From Dehalococcoidia bacterium (lineage in GTDB: Bacteria; Chloroflexota; Dehalococcoidia; Lucifugimonadales; UBA2985), in NCBI GenBank assembly GCA_034423135.1, contig DAOUJC010000008.1, positions 182,611 to 246,610 of the forward strand: 64,000 bases of DNA. Direction: 5' to 3'. Below, piece after piece: positions 54,693 to 63,684 of this stretch. The notes below the pieces were generated by a model that was not told the origin of the DNA, ran no database searches, and worked only from the letters and a program-made list of their open reading frames with translations. Within the stretch, counting starts at the first letter, position 1; every line of letters begins with the position of its first letter. Position numbers and translations under genes: made by a program.

Positions 54693-55877
54693 TCATGCCT
54701 GGCCGGCCGGGGGTTCCGGAATCGTCCAGGCCGAGAGCCGCTGGATACCCTTCTCCAGCTGCTCGTCCGAGAGGGTGAGCGACAGGCGAATGTAGCCCTC
54801 GCCGTAGCGGCCATAGCCTGCGCCCGGCGTCACGACGATTGCTTGCTCTTCGATGAGCATGGCGCAGAACGCGCCGGACTTCCACCCCGGCGGCAGCTTT
54901 GCCCACACGTACAGGCTGGCCCTGGGCGTCACCACGTCCAGCCCAAGCTCTCTCAGCGCATCCACAACGCGGTCCCTGCGAGCCTGGTAGACGGCGTTGT
55001 GGATGTCTATGCAGTCCTGTGGGCCCTCCAGCGCCTCGATTGCCGCGTGCTGGATAGCCTGGGGTATCCCGGAGTCCAGGTTGGACTTCACACGCATCAG
55101 TGCGTTGATCATCTCGGCGTTGCCGACCGCCATGCCAATGCGCCAACCCGTCATGTTGTAGCTCTTGGACAGCGAGTGAAACTCGATTGCCACGTCCATT
55201 GCGCCCGGCGTCTCCAGGAAGCTGCTGGGCCGGTAGCCGTCGAAAGCCACTTCCGTGTACGGAGCGTCGTGGAGCACGGGGATGTCGTGACGCTTGGAGA
55301 ACTCCACCACCTCCTCGAAAAACGCCCCTTCGGCGACGGCGCCCGTGGGGTTGTTCGGATAGTTGATCCAGAGCGCCCTGGCCCGGTCCGCCACGTCCGC
55401 GGGAATCGCCTTCAGATCGGGCAGCCAGTCGTTCTCCTCCACCAGCGGCATCCAGTGGCACTCGCCGCCCGCAAACATGGTGCCGATCGAGTAGACCGGG
55501 TAGCCGGGGTCAGGCACCAGCGCGATGTCGCCGGGGTCAATGAAGCACAGCGCGGCGTGGCCAATACCCTCCTTGGCGCCTATGAGAGGCAGCACCTCGG
55601 TGTCCGGGTTCAGCGCCACGCCAAACCGGCTGTCGTACCAGCGCGCAACGGCCCTGCGAAGCTCCGGCAGCCCCTCCGATTCGGGATAGCGATGGTTGGG
55701 CGGGTCAAGGCTGGCCTGGTGCAGCCGGTCCAGGATGTGAGAAGGCGTCGGCATGTCAGGATCACCGATCGCAAAGGTCACCACGTCCACGCCCTCTGCC
55801 CGCTTCTGCGCTATCTTCCGGCTGATCTCCACAAAGAGATACGGCGGCAGCTGCTCAATTCGCCTCGCAAATCTCAT
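54693..55877 (-). CDS. dapL: LL-diaminopimelate aminotransferase-type class I aminotransferase
   Basis: LPPYLFVEI N-terminus, NPNNPTG-like YPNNPTG, and SLSKSYNMTGWRIG (PLP lysine). Linked to dapF. Confidence 0.8.
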   Translation of the reverse strand: MRFARRIEQLPPYLFVEISRKIAQKRAEGVDVVTFAIGDPDMPTPSHILDRLHQASLDPPNHRYPESEGLPELRRAVARWYDSRFGVALNPDTEVLPLIGAKEGIGHAALCFIDPGDIALVPDPGYPVYSIGTMFAGGECHWMPLVEENDWLPDLKAIPADVADRARALWINYPNNPTGAVAEGAFFEEVVEFSKRHDIPVLHDAPYTEVAFDGYRPSSFLETPGAMDVAIEFHSLSKSYNMTGWRIGMAVGNAEMINALMRVKSNLDSGIPQAIQHAAIEALEGPQDCIDIHNAVYQARRDRVVDALRELGLDVVTPRASLYVWAKLPPGWKSGAFCAMLIEEQAIVVTPGAGYGRYGEGYIRLSLTLSDEQLEKGIQRLSAWTIPEPPAGQA

Positions 55878-56197
55878 ATGCTCTGCTCCTTGACTTTATC
55901 AGCGTCTCCAAAAACCTCTTCCAGCGTCTTCAGCGCCCTGCTCCTGAGCTCGCCCTCTCTTGACCTGGCGATCCACGGAAGGTCGACCTCCAACTCGACT
56001 GATCGTTCCTCCACCACCATCTGCGCCTTGATGGTAAGGCCAAGTACCTTGATGATGACGTCTAGCCCGTCGTCGTGCCACTCCTGCCGCACGTCCGACA
56101 CCTGCGGCGCGAGGTTCTGCGACATCAGCTCGCCGCGAGCCTTGAGCAGCTCCAGCGCGCGCGCCTTGGTGGTACCGTGCTGGTAGGAGAGCTTCAT
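55874..56197 (-). CDS. Small protein resembling the putative polyhydroxyalkanoic-acid-system protein family (weak call)
   Basis: 107 aa with ATGA overlap with dapL. By eye, the overall pattern resembles the roughly 90-aa PHA_gran_rgn family. Confidence 0.4.
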   Translation of the reverse strand: MKLSYQHGTTKARALELLKARGELMSQNLAPQVSDVRQEWHDDGLDVIIKVLGLTIKAQMVVEERSVELEVDLPWIARSREGELRSRALKTLEEVFGDADKVKEQSI

Positions 56198-56220
56198 GCG
56201 ATAGTAACGCTCATTCGTCT

Positions 56221-57069
56221 TCAGGCGTGCCAGACACCCTCGAACACTTCCTTCACCGGCCCCTCCAGAAACACCTCTCCGGAGCCGTCCCAGGAGATAG
56301 TGAGCGCGCCTCCCGGAAGCGTTATGTCAACATCCTCGCCCGTGAAGCCGTGCAGCCGCGCCGCAACGGCTATGGCGCAAGCGCCAGTCCCGCAGGCAAG
56401 CGTCTCGCCTGCGCCGCGCTCCCACACCCTCGCCACCACGGACCCGCCCGCGCCCACGTTGACAATCGAGAAATTCACCTTGTTCGGGAAGATCCTGTGG
56501 TGCTCCACCTGAGGCCCGATGCGTTCCAGAGGGAACTGTGCGACAGGCGTGTCGATGAAGGCGACTGCGTGAGGATTGCCCATCCCAACGAAGGTCAGGT
56601 TGAGCAGGAATCCTGCCACGTCAAGCGGAAAGTCCAACACAGGCCCGCCGGCCATGTCATCCGAAACCGTTACAGGCACGCGCTCAGGCCTCAGCTCCGG
56701 CTCGCCCATCGCGACTCGCGCCCGCTCGACGTACCCGCCGCGCCACAGCGGCTCGATTTGCCTTACGCCGGTCATAGTCTCCACGGAGAGCGCCTCCCGG
56801 CCAACCTCCGCAATCTCGCGCTCCAGCACGTACTTGGCCAGGCAGCGAATGCCGTTGCCGCACATCTCCGCCTCGGAGCCGTCCGGGTTGAGCATCCGCA
56901 TGCGCACCTCGGCCTCGCCCGAAGGCAGGACCAGAAGCATGCCGTCGGCTCCCACACCCATGTGGCGGTCGCACATCGCCCGCGCCAGGCCGGACCAGTC
57001 CTCTTCTATATCGCGGGCGTCCATCAGCACGTAGTCATTGCCCGCGCCGTGCATCTTGGTGAATCTCAC
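56221..57069 (-). CDS. dapF: Diaminopimelate epimerase
   Basis: MRFTKMHGAGNDYV (GTG start) and both catalytic Cys regions (MCGNGIRC, ACGTGACA). Confidence 0.9.
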   Translation of the reverse strand: MRFTKMHGAGNDYVLMDARDIEEDWSGLARAMCDRHMGVGADGMLLVLPSGEAEVRMRMLNPDGSEAEMCGNGIRCLAKYVLEREIAEVGREALSVETMTGVRQIEPLWRGGYVERARVAMGEPELRPERVPVTVSDDMAGGPVLDFPLDVAGFLLNLTFVGMGNPHAVAFIDTPVAQFPLERIGPQVEHHRIFPNKVNFSIVNVGAGGSVVARVWERGAGETLACGTGACAIAVAARLHGFTGEDVDITLPGGALTISWDGSGEVFLEGPVKEVFEGVWHA

Positions 57070-57206
57070 TCCGTCTCCTCCCTGTGGGCTTCATCGTGCC
57101 ATGTCCGGAAGCAACACCCGCCCATGTCCCGGCAGACGCGCGCCAGCTTCGGCGCGTTGAATCCGAGGTACACTCCCACCACCACCCCCAAGACCAGTTT
57201 GAGCAT
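57066..57206 (-). CDS. Unannotated 46-aa small membrane/Cys-rich ORF translationally coupled to dapF
   Basis: My translation is MLKLVLGVVVGVYLGFNAPKLARVCRDMGGCCFRTWHDEAHREETE. A strong SD, GGGGAGGTGA, sits 3 nt before the ATG. The stop overlaps the dapF GTG start (GTGA). It is below the 60-aa cutoff of the ORF track. Confidence 0.45.
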   Translation of the reverse strand: MLKLVLGVVVGVYLGFNAPKLARVCRDMGGCCFRTWHDEAHREETE

Positions 57207-57299
57207 TCGTCACCTCCCCGACAACAGGATTCTACCATACACCGGCCTGTTCATACAGGAACGCGGCGCAGGCGGAATCTCGATTTGGGGTGGCATTGG

Positions 57300-58250
57300 T
57301 CAGGAGCCGTCTCCCGCCGCGGCCAGGTGCGCGGTCACGAGCGCAGCGGCGGCCTCGAACGCGTCCAGCGACGCAGCATCCAGCCACGATATGCGCTCGT
57401 CACGGGGCCGGAACCAGGAGTTTTGGCGACGCGCGAAGCGGTGCGTCGCAACCTTTATGCTGTCCCCCGCCCACTGGAGCGACAGCCTGCCGGTCACGTA
57501 CTCGGCCATGTCGCGATAACCTATGGCGCCCATCGCAGGCAGCTCCGGCGAATAGCCCGCCGCCAGCAACCTGGCAACCTCTCCCGGCCAGCCCGCAGTG
57601 ATCATAGCATCCACCCTGCTGTCGATCCGGCGGTATAGCTCGGCGCGATCAAGCGTGAGGCCCATTACGAGACTGCGGTACGGAGGAGGCTCCTTCTTCC
57701 TGGCCTGCGAGAACGGCACGCCCGACTCCATGAACACCTCCAGAGCGCGCACGACGCGCCGCACGTTCCGCGGGTCGATCCTCTCTGCTGATACTGGATC
57801 GACCTCACGCAGCCGTGCCCACAGCGCATCGTGTCCTTCGTCTCGGGCCTGAGTCTCCAGCCGCTCCCGCAGCTCGGCATTGGGTTTGACCTGCGGCGCC
57901 GAGAAGCCCTCCAGCAGCGCCCACACGTACTGCCCCGTGCCGCCCACCAGTAGCGGGAGGCGCCCGCGGCCGTGGACGTCACGAATGGAGTGGCCGGCGT
58001 CCGCCAGGTACAGCGCCAGGCTGTATGTCTCATCGGTGTCCACGACGTTCACGACGTGGTGAGGCACCTGCGCAAGCTCCGCAGCCGACGGCTTGCCCGT
58101 GCCCAGATCCAGGCCGCGATAGACCAGCCTGCTGTCCGCGTTGACGATCTCGCCGCCGAATCGCTGCGCGAGACTGAGGGCCAGATCGCTCTTGCCCACT
58201 GCCGTGGGCCCAACGATGGCAACGAGCGGTATTGAGTCGTGCCTAGTCAA
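57300..58250 (-). CDS. miaA: tRNA dimethylallyltransferase
   Basis: P-loop VAIVGPTAVGKS near the N-terminus when started at TTG 58250. The longer ORF-track version overlaps the upstream gene. Confidence 0.85.
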   Translation of the reverse strand: MTRHDSIPLVAIVGPTAVGKSDLALSLAQRFGGEIVNADSRLVYRGLDLGTGKPSAAELAQVPHHVVNVVDTDETYSLALYLADAGHSIRDVHGRGRLPLLVGGTGQYVWALLEGFSAPQVKPNAELRERLETQARDEGHDALWARLREVDPVSAERIDPRNVRRVVRALEVFMESGVPFSQARKKEPPPYRSLVMGLTLDRAELYRRIDSRVDAMITAGWPGEVARLLAAGYSPELPAMGAIGYRDMAEYVTGRLSLQWAGDSIKVATHRFARRQNSWFRPRDERISWLDAASLDAFEAAAALVTAHLAAAGDGS

Positions 58251-58255
58251 GGCGA

Positions 58256-59305
58256 TTACCCCGGCATCAGGCTCTTGAAGAGTTCTGGCGCGCCGCCGAC
58301 ATTGGGCAGGTAGGGATGGCGGTCCTTGAGGTTGAACAGGTTGAGGACTGCGGAGAGGTGCTTCTCCTTCATTCTTGCGGCGTCCCATGTCTTGCATGGA
58401 TCCGGCTCCTTCTTGAACAGGTGGTAGCGCACTCCGGTGGTGGTAACCAGCATGTTGCAGAATGGGAAATCCCTGGCGTACCGCCTGACCTGTCTCTCGG
58501 CGTGGTCCAGACCTGTACCCATGCGCTTGGATTCCAGAATGACGCGCGGGTTTCCGTGCTCAACTCCCCTCCTGAACGGCTCGCTGAACAGGGATACGTC
58601 TGTGTGATTCCACTCAATCTTTATCCTCTGCTCAGACCACCCCAGGGCTAGCAGGATTGGAGCAATGAGGAAGGTGCGTGCCTCGTGCTCACTGATTTTC
58701 CACCCGTAGTCAGCATACCAACGAGCCAGGCGGCGGACGTGCCAAATGGCTCTGATGACCGCCTCAGCGTCTGCCGGACGCAACCCGTTCTCTATCAGGC
58801 TTCCAACCAGATGCTCCTCGGAAATGCTATTGGCAGCCGGGGGAATTTCGTCAGGTTCTCGCTTCTTGCAGTCGTCAACCAGCAAGCTATCTGCCAGTTC
58901 CCTGGGCCGCCGCTGGTACACCCTGCTAATGGTTCCTCTCGCAAGGCCGTCTACAAGCATCGTGGAGTCCGGCTCAAACCATTCGATTCTCCTGCCGTGT
59001 CGCAGATCCCAGCCCTCCACGTCGTCAAACGGCTTCATCCACTCGTATTTGCTAGTGACGCGGCCTGCTGCGCGTATTTGCCACTGCCTGCGATGCGGCC
59101 GCTTGAGAATCACGACATCGTCCATCTTCATCTTGTCAGCAAGAGTCACGATTTTTCTGCGCCAGTCCTTGTGCCCTCTGAACCTCTCCGGGTGCTCGAG
59201 GAATGAGCCGATATGCCCGCTCCCCATAAGTATCACGCCGTACTTCAGGAACACGTCCGAATAGTCACGCGGCCCTTCCCCTGCTGCTACCTGCCAGTAA
59301 GTCAT
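58256..59305 (-). CDS. Two-domain nuclease candidate: N-terminal PUA/EVE-like beta-barrel (by eye) fused to a C-terminal HsdR_N-type PD-(D/E)xK restriction-endonuclease-like domain
   Basis: The N-terminal region is MTYWQVAAGEG...DDVVILKRP...IRAAGRVTSKYEW. The C-terminal region is SEHEARTFLIAPILLALGWSEQRIKIEWNHTDVSLF...PRVILESKR...AERQVRRYA, with an E..D..ExK arrangement. GAGGAAGG SD. The stop lies 5 nt before the miaA start. Spot counts of 58561-58680 give 66/120 GC, against 43/60 in a tpiA sample. Confidence 0.6.
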   Translation of the reverse strand: MTYWQVAAGEGPRDYSDVFLKYGVILMGSGHIGSFLEHPERFRGHKDWRRKIVTLADKMKMDDVVILKRPHRRQWQIRAAGRVTSKYEWMKPFDDVEGWDLRHGRRIEWFEPDSTMLVDGLARGTISRVYQRRPRELADSLLVDDCKKREPDEIPPAANSISEEHLVGSLIENGLRPADAEAVIRAIWHVRRLARWYADYGWKISEHEARTFLIAPILLALGWSEQRIKIEWNHTDVSLFSEPFRRGVEHGNPRVILESKRMGTGLDHAERQVRRYARDFPFCNMLVTTTGVRYHLFKKEPDPCKTWDAARMKEKHLSAVLNLFNLKDRHPYLPNVGGAPELFKSLMPG

Positions 59306-59365
59306 TTGCCTTCCTCTACTCCCCGCGCTTGGACAAGAACTGCCATCTCATAAGAGACGATGCCC

Positions 59366-60118
59366 CTACCCCACCGCCACCTGCCGCGCGATCTCCGCAA
59401 AGCGTCCTGCGTCCAGGCTCGCGCCTCCCACCAGCGCGCCGTTGATGTTGGGCTGGCTCGCGAACTCCGCCACGTTGTCCGGCGTCACGCTTCCGCCGTA
59501 CAGCAGCGGCGTGTCTCCCGCGGCCGCGTCGCCGTATAGCTCCGTGAGCGTGCCGCGAATCGCCACCATGATGGCCTCCGCCGCCTCGCCCGTCGCCGCC
59601 ATGCCGGTGCCTATCGCCCATATCGGCTCGTAGGCTACTGCCAGCGTCGCGATCGAGTCCACGCGCCTCAACGCGCCCCTCAGCTGAGACGTCACCACGG
59701 ACTCGGCGTAGCCCTCCTCGCGCTCCTCCAGGCCCTCGCCCACGCACAGGATGGGCCGGAGTCCCGCCTCAAAAGCCGCGCGCACCTTCCGGTTCACCAC
59801 CTCGTCGGTCTCCCAGAAGTGCTGCCTGCGCTCCGAGTGCCCAATGATGACGTACGTGCAGAGGTCCGCCAGCATCGCCGACGACACTTCGCCTGTGTAG
59901 GCGCCACGCTCCTCGAAGTGCATGTTCTGCGCGCCAACTGCGGTCGACGAGCCGTTCAGCGCGTCCCTCACCGCCGCCAGCGACACGAACGGCGGGCATA
60001 CCACCTTGCCGACGCCGTCTACGGCGTCAAGTGGGTCCCTGAGTGCAGAGGCCAGCGACACGGCCTCGGCTATCGTGGTGTTCATCTTCCAGTTCCCGGC
60101 CACTATGGGCGTTGGCAT
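59366..60118 (-). CDS. tpiA: Triosephosphate isomerase
   Basis: VAGNWKMN, IIGHSERR, and AYEPIWAIGTG motifs. Confidence 0.95.
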   Translation of the reverse strand: MPTPIVAGNWKMNTTIAEAVSLASALRDPLDAVDGVGKVVCPPFVSLAAVRDALNGSSTAVGAQNMHFEERGAYTGEVSSAMLADLCTYVIIGHSERRQHFWETDEVVNRKVRAAFEAGLRPILCVGEGLEEREEGYAESVVTSQLRGALRRVDSIATLAVAYEPIWAIGTGMAATGEAAEAIMVAIRGTLTELYGDAAAGDTPLLYGGSVTPDNVAEFASQPNINGALVGGASLDAGRFAEIARQVAVG

Positions 60119-60197
60119 GTTCTACCTCCTGAGGTCAATCGTGCGCTGCCGCTGAGAACGATGCGTGTCGCCAGCTAGCAGGCCATGTCTCCGCGCT

Positions 60198-61403
60198 CTA
60201 CGGCCCGTATTTCACCAGCTTGCCCGCATGGGCCAAGGCTAGGAACATCAGATGAGTGGCCGGGATGCTCCCGATGGACCCGCCGGCGCAGGCCCTCTCG
60301 GTGAAGGCTGGCACGCCCTCTCCCAGCGTGATCTTCGAGTGCACGAGCGTCGGCACGGGCTGCCAGCCGTGCGCGGCCAGGATCGCGGGCGTGGCGTGGT
60401 CACCGGCCACGACAAACGCGTCCGGCTCCAGATCCAGGATCCGGGGTATGTAGGCGTCAACTGCCTCCAGCGTCTGCACCTTCGCCTCGAAGTTGCCGTC
60501 CTCGCCGGCCGCGTCTGCGGGCTTGTAGTGGATGTAGAAGAAGTCGTGCTCCGCGAAGTGCTCCTCCAGAGTGTCTACCTCGTCCTGGAACGTTGAGCCG
60601 GTGGGTATGACCTTCATGCCCAGCACCGTGGAAAGTCCGCGGTACATGGGATACGCGGCGATGGCCGCGGGATTGAGCCGGTAGCTCTCTCCGAAGCCCG
60701 GCAGGTGCGGCAGCTGAGAGAAGCCCCTGAGCAGCACCATGTTAGCCCTGTCTCTATCGCCCAGCACCTCGCGAGCGCCTTCGATTAGGGCGTTGGCTGC
60801 TTCCGCCGTCTTCGCGGCGGCCGGGGTTAGCGCATCAACGCGCCTCGGCGGCACGTCCAGGATCTGGGGATCAGTCTCGGTAACGTCCTCGCTCAGCCCT
60901 TCGCCCCTGAACAGCGCAACGAAGCGGTAGTCCTGCACAGGCAGGATTTGTACCTCCACGCCGGGTACTTCAATCTGGTCCAGCTGCTCGCACAGCGGCA
61001 CGCTCTCCTGCGAGCTGATTCGACCGGCCCGCCTGTCAGTCAGCTTTCCCTGGTCGTTCACCGTACAGAAGTTGCCGCGGGCCGCCACATCGCCCTCGCG
61101 AATATCCACGTCTATGCCCAGTGCCTCCAGCACGCCCCGACCGATGGTGTACTTGATCGGGTCGTAGCCGAAGAGTGACAGATGGCCTGGGCCACTTCCG
61201 GGTGTGATGCCGGGCAGCACCGGGAGCGTGAGGCCGCAGGCGCTGCGGGAGGCCAGCGCGTCCAGATTTGGCGTCTTAGCCACCTCCAGTTCGGAGAGGC
61301 CTGTAGCCGGATGTGGCGCGCCTCCCAGTCCGTCGATGACCAGCATCACCACCTTGGACGAGGTCGGCTGGCATACGTCTGCTATGTGGGGAAAGTCGAT
61401 CAT
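60198..61403 (-). CDS. apgM: Cofactor-independent phosphoglycerate mutase, archaeal type (ApgM)
   Basis: VVMLVIDGLGG...TPNLDALA and GDHATP metalloenzyme motifs. ATG 61403 lies 5 nt after the pgk stop. Confidence 0.85.
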   Translation of the reverse strand: MIDFPHIADVCQPTSSKVVMLVIDGLGGAPHPATGLSELEVAKTPNLDALASRSACGLTLPVLPGITPGSGPGHLSLFGYDPIKYTIGRGVLEALGIDVDIREGDVAARGNFCTVNDQGKLTDRRAGRISSQESVPLCEQLDQIEVPGVEVQILPVQDYRFVALFRGEGLSEDVTETDPQILDVPPRRVDALTPAAAKTAEAANALIEGAREVLGDRDRANMVLLRGFSQLPHLPGFGESYRLNPAAIAAYPMYRGLSTVLGMKVIPTGSTFQDEVDTLEEHFAEHDFFYIHYKPADAAGEDGNFEAKVQTLEAVDAYIPRILDLEPDAFVVAGDHATPAILAAHGWQPVPTLVHSKITLGEGVPAFTERACAGGSIGSIPATHLMFLALAHAGKLVKYGP

Positions 61404-61407
61404 GGCC

Positions 61408-62598
61408 CTAAGCCTCCTTGTCAAGCAAAGCCGCCACTCCGGGCAGTGTCCTGCCCTCCAGGAACTCCAGCGACGCTCCTCCGCCCGTCGAAACGTGCGT
61501 GATCCGGTCGGTGATGCCAAGCTCGTGCACCACCTCCGCGGTGGAGCCGCCGCCCAGCACGGTCGTCACACCGTCCAGGCTGCCGAGTGCCGCCGCGAAC
61601 TCGCGGGTGCCGCGGCTGAACGCCGGCATCTCGAACACGCCCAACGGCCCGTTCCAGAGGATCGTCTTCCCATTTGCGGCCTCTGCTCTGAATGTGTCCA
61701 GTGTCTTGTGCCCAATGTCCATGATGAACCAGCCGTCTGGCACGCCTTCCACGTCTACGGTGCGGCTCTGCGCGTCCGCGGAGAACGCATCGGCTACAAC
61801 CACGTCCCTCGGTATGATGAGCGTGACGCCTCCGCGCTCCGCTCTCGCCATGACGTCCCGTGCAAGCTCCAGCCGGTCGTCCTCGACGAGCGATGCGCCC
61901 ACCGGTAACCCCCTGGCCTTGAGGAAGGTAGCCGCCATGCCGCCGCCAATCAGTATCGAGTCCACTCTCTCGATGAAGTTGTCCAGCACACCCATCTTGT
62001 CGCTCACCTTGGCGCCGCCGAGCACTGAAACGAGCGGTCGTGCCGGAGACTCCAGCAGCCCACCCAGAGCGGCAAGCTCAGCCTCCACCAGGAAGCCGGC
62101 CACGGCCGGGAGGTAGCGAGTTACGCCCTCCGTGGAAGCGTGCGCCCGGTGCGACACGCCGAAGCCATCCTGCACGAAGACCTCTGCAAGCGAGGCCAGT
62201 GCTCGCGCAAAGTCCGCGTCGTTCTTCTCCTCCTCCGCGTGGAAGCGCAGGTTCTCGAGCAATAGCACATCGCTCGGCCCCGCCGCTGTCACCGCCGCCT
62301 CAACCTCCGGGCCCACGCACTCCGGCACGCATGTGACCTCCGCTTCCAGTAGCTCTGAAAGCCTAGCGCCCACAGGTGCTAGCCGCATGTCCTCCACAAC
62401 CTTGCCTCCGGGCCTGCCCAGGTGTGAGCAGAGCACCACTACGGCGCCTCGCTCTCGCAGGTACTCTATGGTAGGCAGAGCGGCGCGAATGCGGGAGTCG
62501 TCGCTGATGCGGCCGTCGTCAAACTCAACGTTGAAGTCCACACGCACAAGCACGCGCTTGCCTGCCACGTCGATGTCCCGTACAGTTCGCTTGTCCAA
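61408..62598 (-). CDS. pgk: Phosphoglycerate kinase
   Basis: RVDFNV, SHLGRP, and STGGGASLEFLEG motifs. TTG start. Confidence 0.95.
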   Translation of the reverse strand: MDKRTVRDIDVAGKRVLVRVDFNVEFDDGRISDDSRIRAALPTIEYLRERGAVVVLCSHLGRPGGKVVEDMRLAPVGARLSELLEAEVTCVPECVGPEVEAAVTAAGPSDVLLLENLRFHAEEEKNDADFARALASLAEVFVQDGFGVSHRAHASTEGVTRYLPAVAGFLVEAELAALGGLLESPARPLVSVLGGAKVSDKMGVLDNFIERVDSILIGGGMAATFLKARGLPVGASLVEDDRLELARDVMARAERGGVTLIIPRDVVVADAFSADAQSRTVDVEGVPDGWFIMDIGHKTLDTFRAEAANGKTILWNGPLGVFEMPAFSRGTREFAAALGSLDGVTTVLGGGSTAEVVHELGITDRITHVSTGGGASLEFLEGRTLPGVAALLDKEA

Positions 62599-62613
62599 GC
62601 TAACCCCCGTTGG

Positions 62614-63648
62614 TCACGAAATGCCGGCCGAAAGGAAACGTGCGTAGCCGGCCAGCTCTTCCAGTCCGTCCGCGGACGCGCCGGTGTCGTTCAGCGCCTC
62701 TATGGCCTCCCGGCACAGTTCGTCGGCCTTCTCCTGCGCAAACTCCCTTGCACCGAGCCTTTCCAAAACACCAAGAATCTTGTCAAGGTCTTCGGGCTCC
62801 ATGACGCGCTTGAAGTAAACGTCGCCCAGAGTCCGCCTCTCGGCGCCCGTTGCGTTCCGCAGCGCGAACACGATTGGCAGCGACTTGCGCTTGTTGAGCA
62901 GGTCGCCTGCGTGCGGCATCATCTCGAAGGACGAACCCCACAGGCGCATCACGTCGTCCCGCACGTGGGCTGCCGCGCCCAGCTTGCGTCCGTAGAGTGC
63001 CATCGCCTGCTCGGCGCACTCCCCTGCCGACGCCATCTGCGCGCCCAGCTCCGCGGCGCAGCCCATCAGCGCAGCCCACCTGCCCTCGACCGCTTCCAGG
63101 TAGGCCTCCTGCGTGATGTCCACGCGCTCCTGGTAGGTCAGGTCAAGGAATTTGCCTTCGCAGTAGCGCAGAGCGGCGGCGTCCAGGGTCGATGCAGCGC
63201 GGAATGCCTGCTCAGGCGTAGCATCTCCGTCTGCAAGGCTCAGCAGGCTGAGGCGGGCCAGCGCGTGCATGCCGTCGCCCGCGTTGATCGACTGTGCAGG
63301 CCCCCAAGTCCACCACACCGTGGGCCGGCCGTATCGCTCCGGCACGCCGTCCTGAATGTCGCCGTGTATCTGCGAAGAGCGGTACACGAGCTCTACCGCA
63401 GCGGCTGCCGGCATCGCCCTGCCCGGTTCGCCACCCAGGGCCTCGCAGGCCAGGACGCAGAGCGTAGGGTGGACGCGCAGGTCTGGTATTGCCTCAACCG
63501 GCTCGCCAAGCTCGTCAAGCCAGCCCATGTGCTGGGCCATCATGCGGTACAAAGCCAGGTCACCGCGCCCCATCACAACGGACTTGAGCTCCGACTCGAT
63601 GCCCTCGGCGTGGCGGTCAAATGATGTTGGCTGGCTCATGGGTCTCAC
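62614..63648 (-). CDS. Polyprenyl-synthetase-fold protein with degenerate Asp-rich motifs
   Basis: Trans-isoprenyl diphosphate synthase-like pattern (AAAVELVYRSSQIHGDIQDG..RYGRPTVWWTWG..INAGD), but the first DDxxD is GDIQD and the second is DDVMR. Confidence 0.65.
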   Translation of the reverse strand: MRPMSQPTSFDRHAEGIESELKSVVMGRGDLALYRMMAQHMGWLDELGEPVEAIPDLRVHPTLCVLACEALGGEPGRAMPAAAAVELVYRSSQIHGDIQDGVPERYGRPTVWWTWGPAQSINAGDGMHALARLSLLSLADGDATPEQAFRAASTLDAAALRYCEGKFLDLTYQERVDITQEAYLEAVEGRWAALMGCAAELGAQMASAGECAEQAMALYGRKLGAAAHVRDDVMRLWGSSFEMMPHAGDLLNKRKSLPIVFALRNATGAERRTLGDVYFKRVMEPEDLDKILGVLERLGAREFAQEKADELCREAIEALNDTGASADGLEELAGYARFLSAGIS

Positions 63649-63684
63649 CGCGAGGAGTCAATGCCCTCGCCCTTCTTCCGAGTG

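Noticed and set aside
57035-57238. 67-aa minus-strand ORF from the ORF track in the miaA-dapF gap.
   Set aside because: It has a Trp/Cys/Arg-rich implausible sequence, no SD, and overlaps the dapF start region. The 46-codon ORF in a different frame has a strong SD and stop-start coupling.
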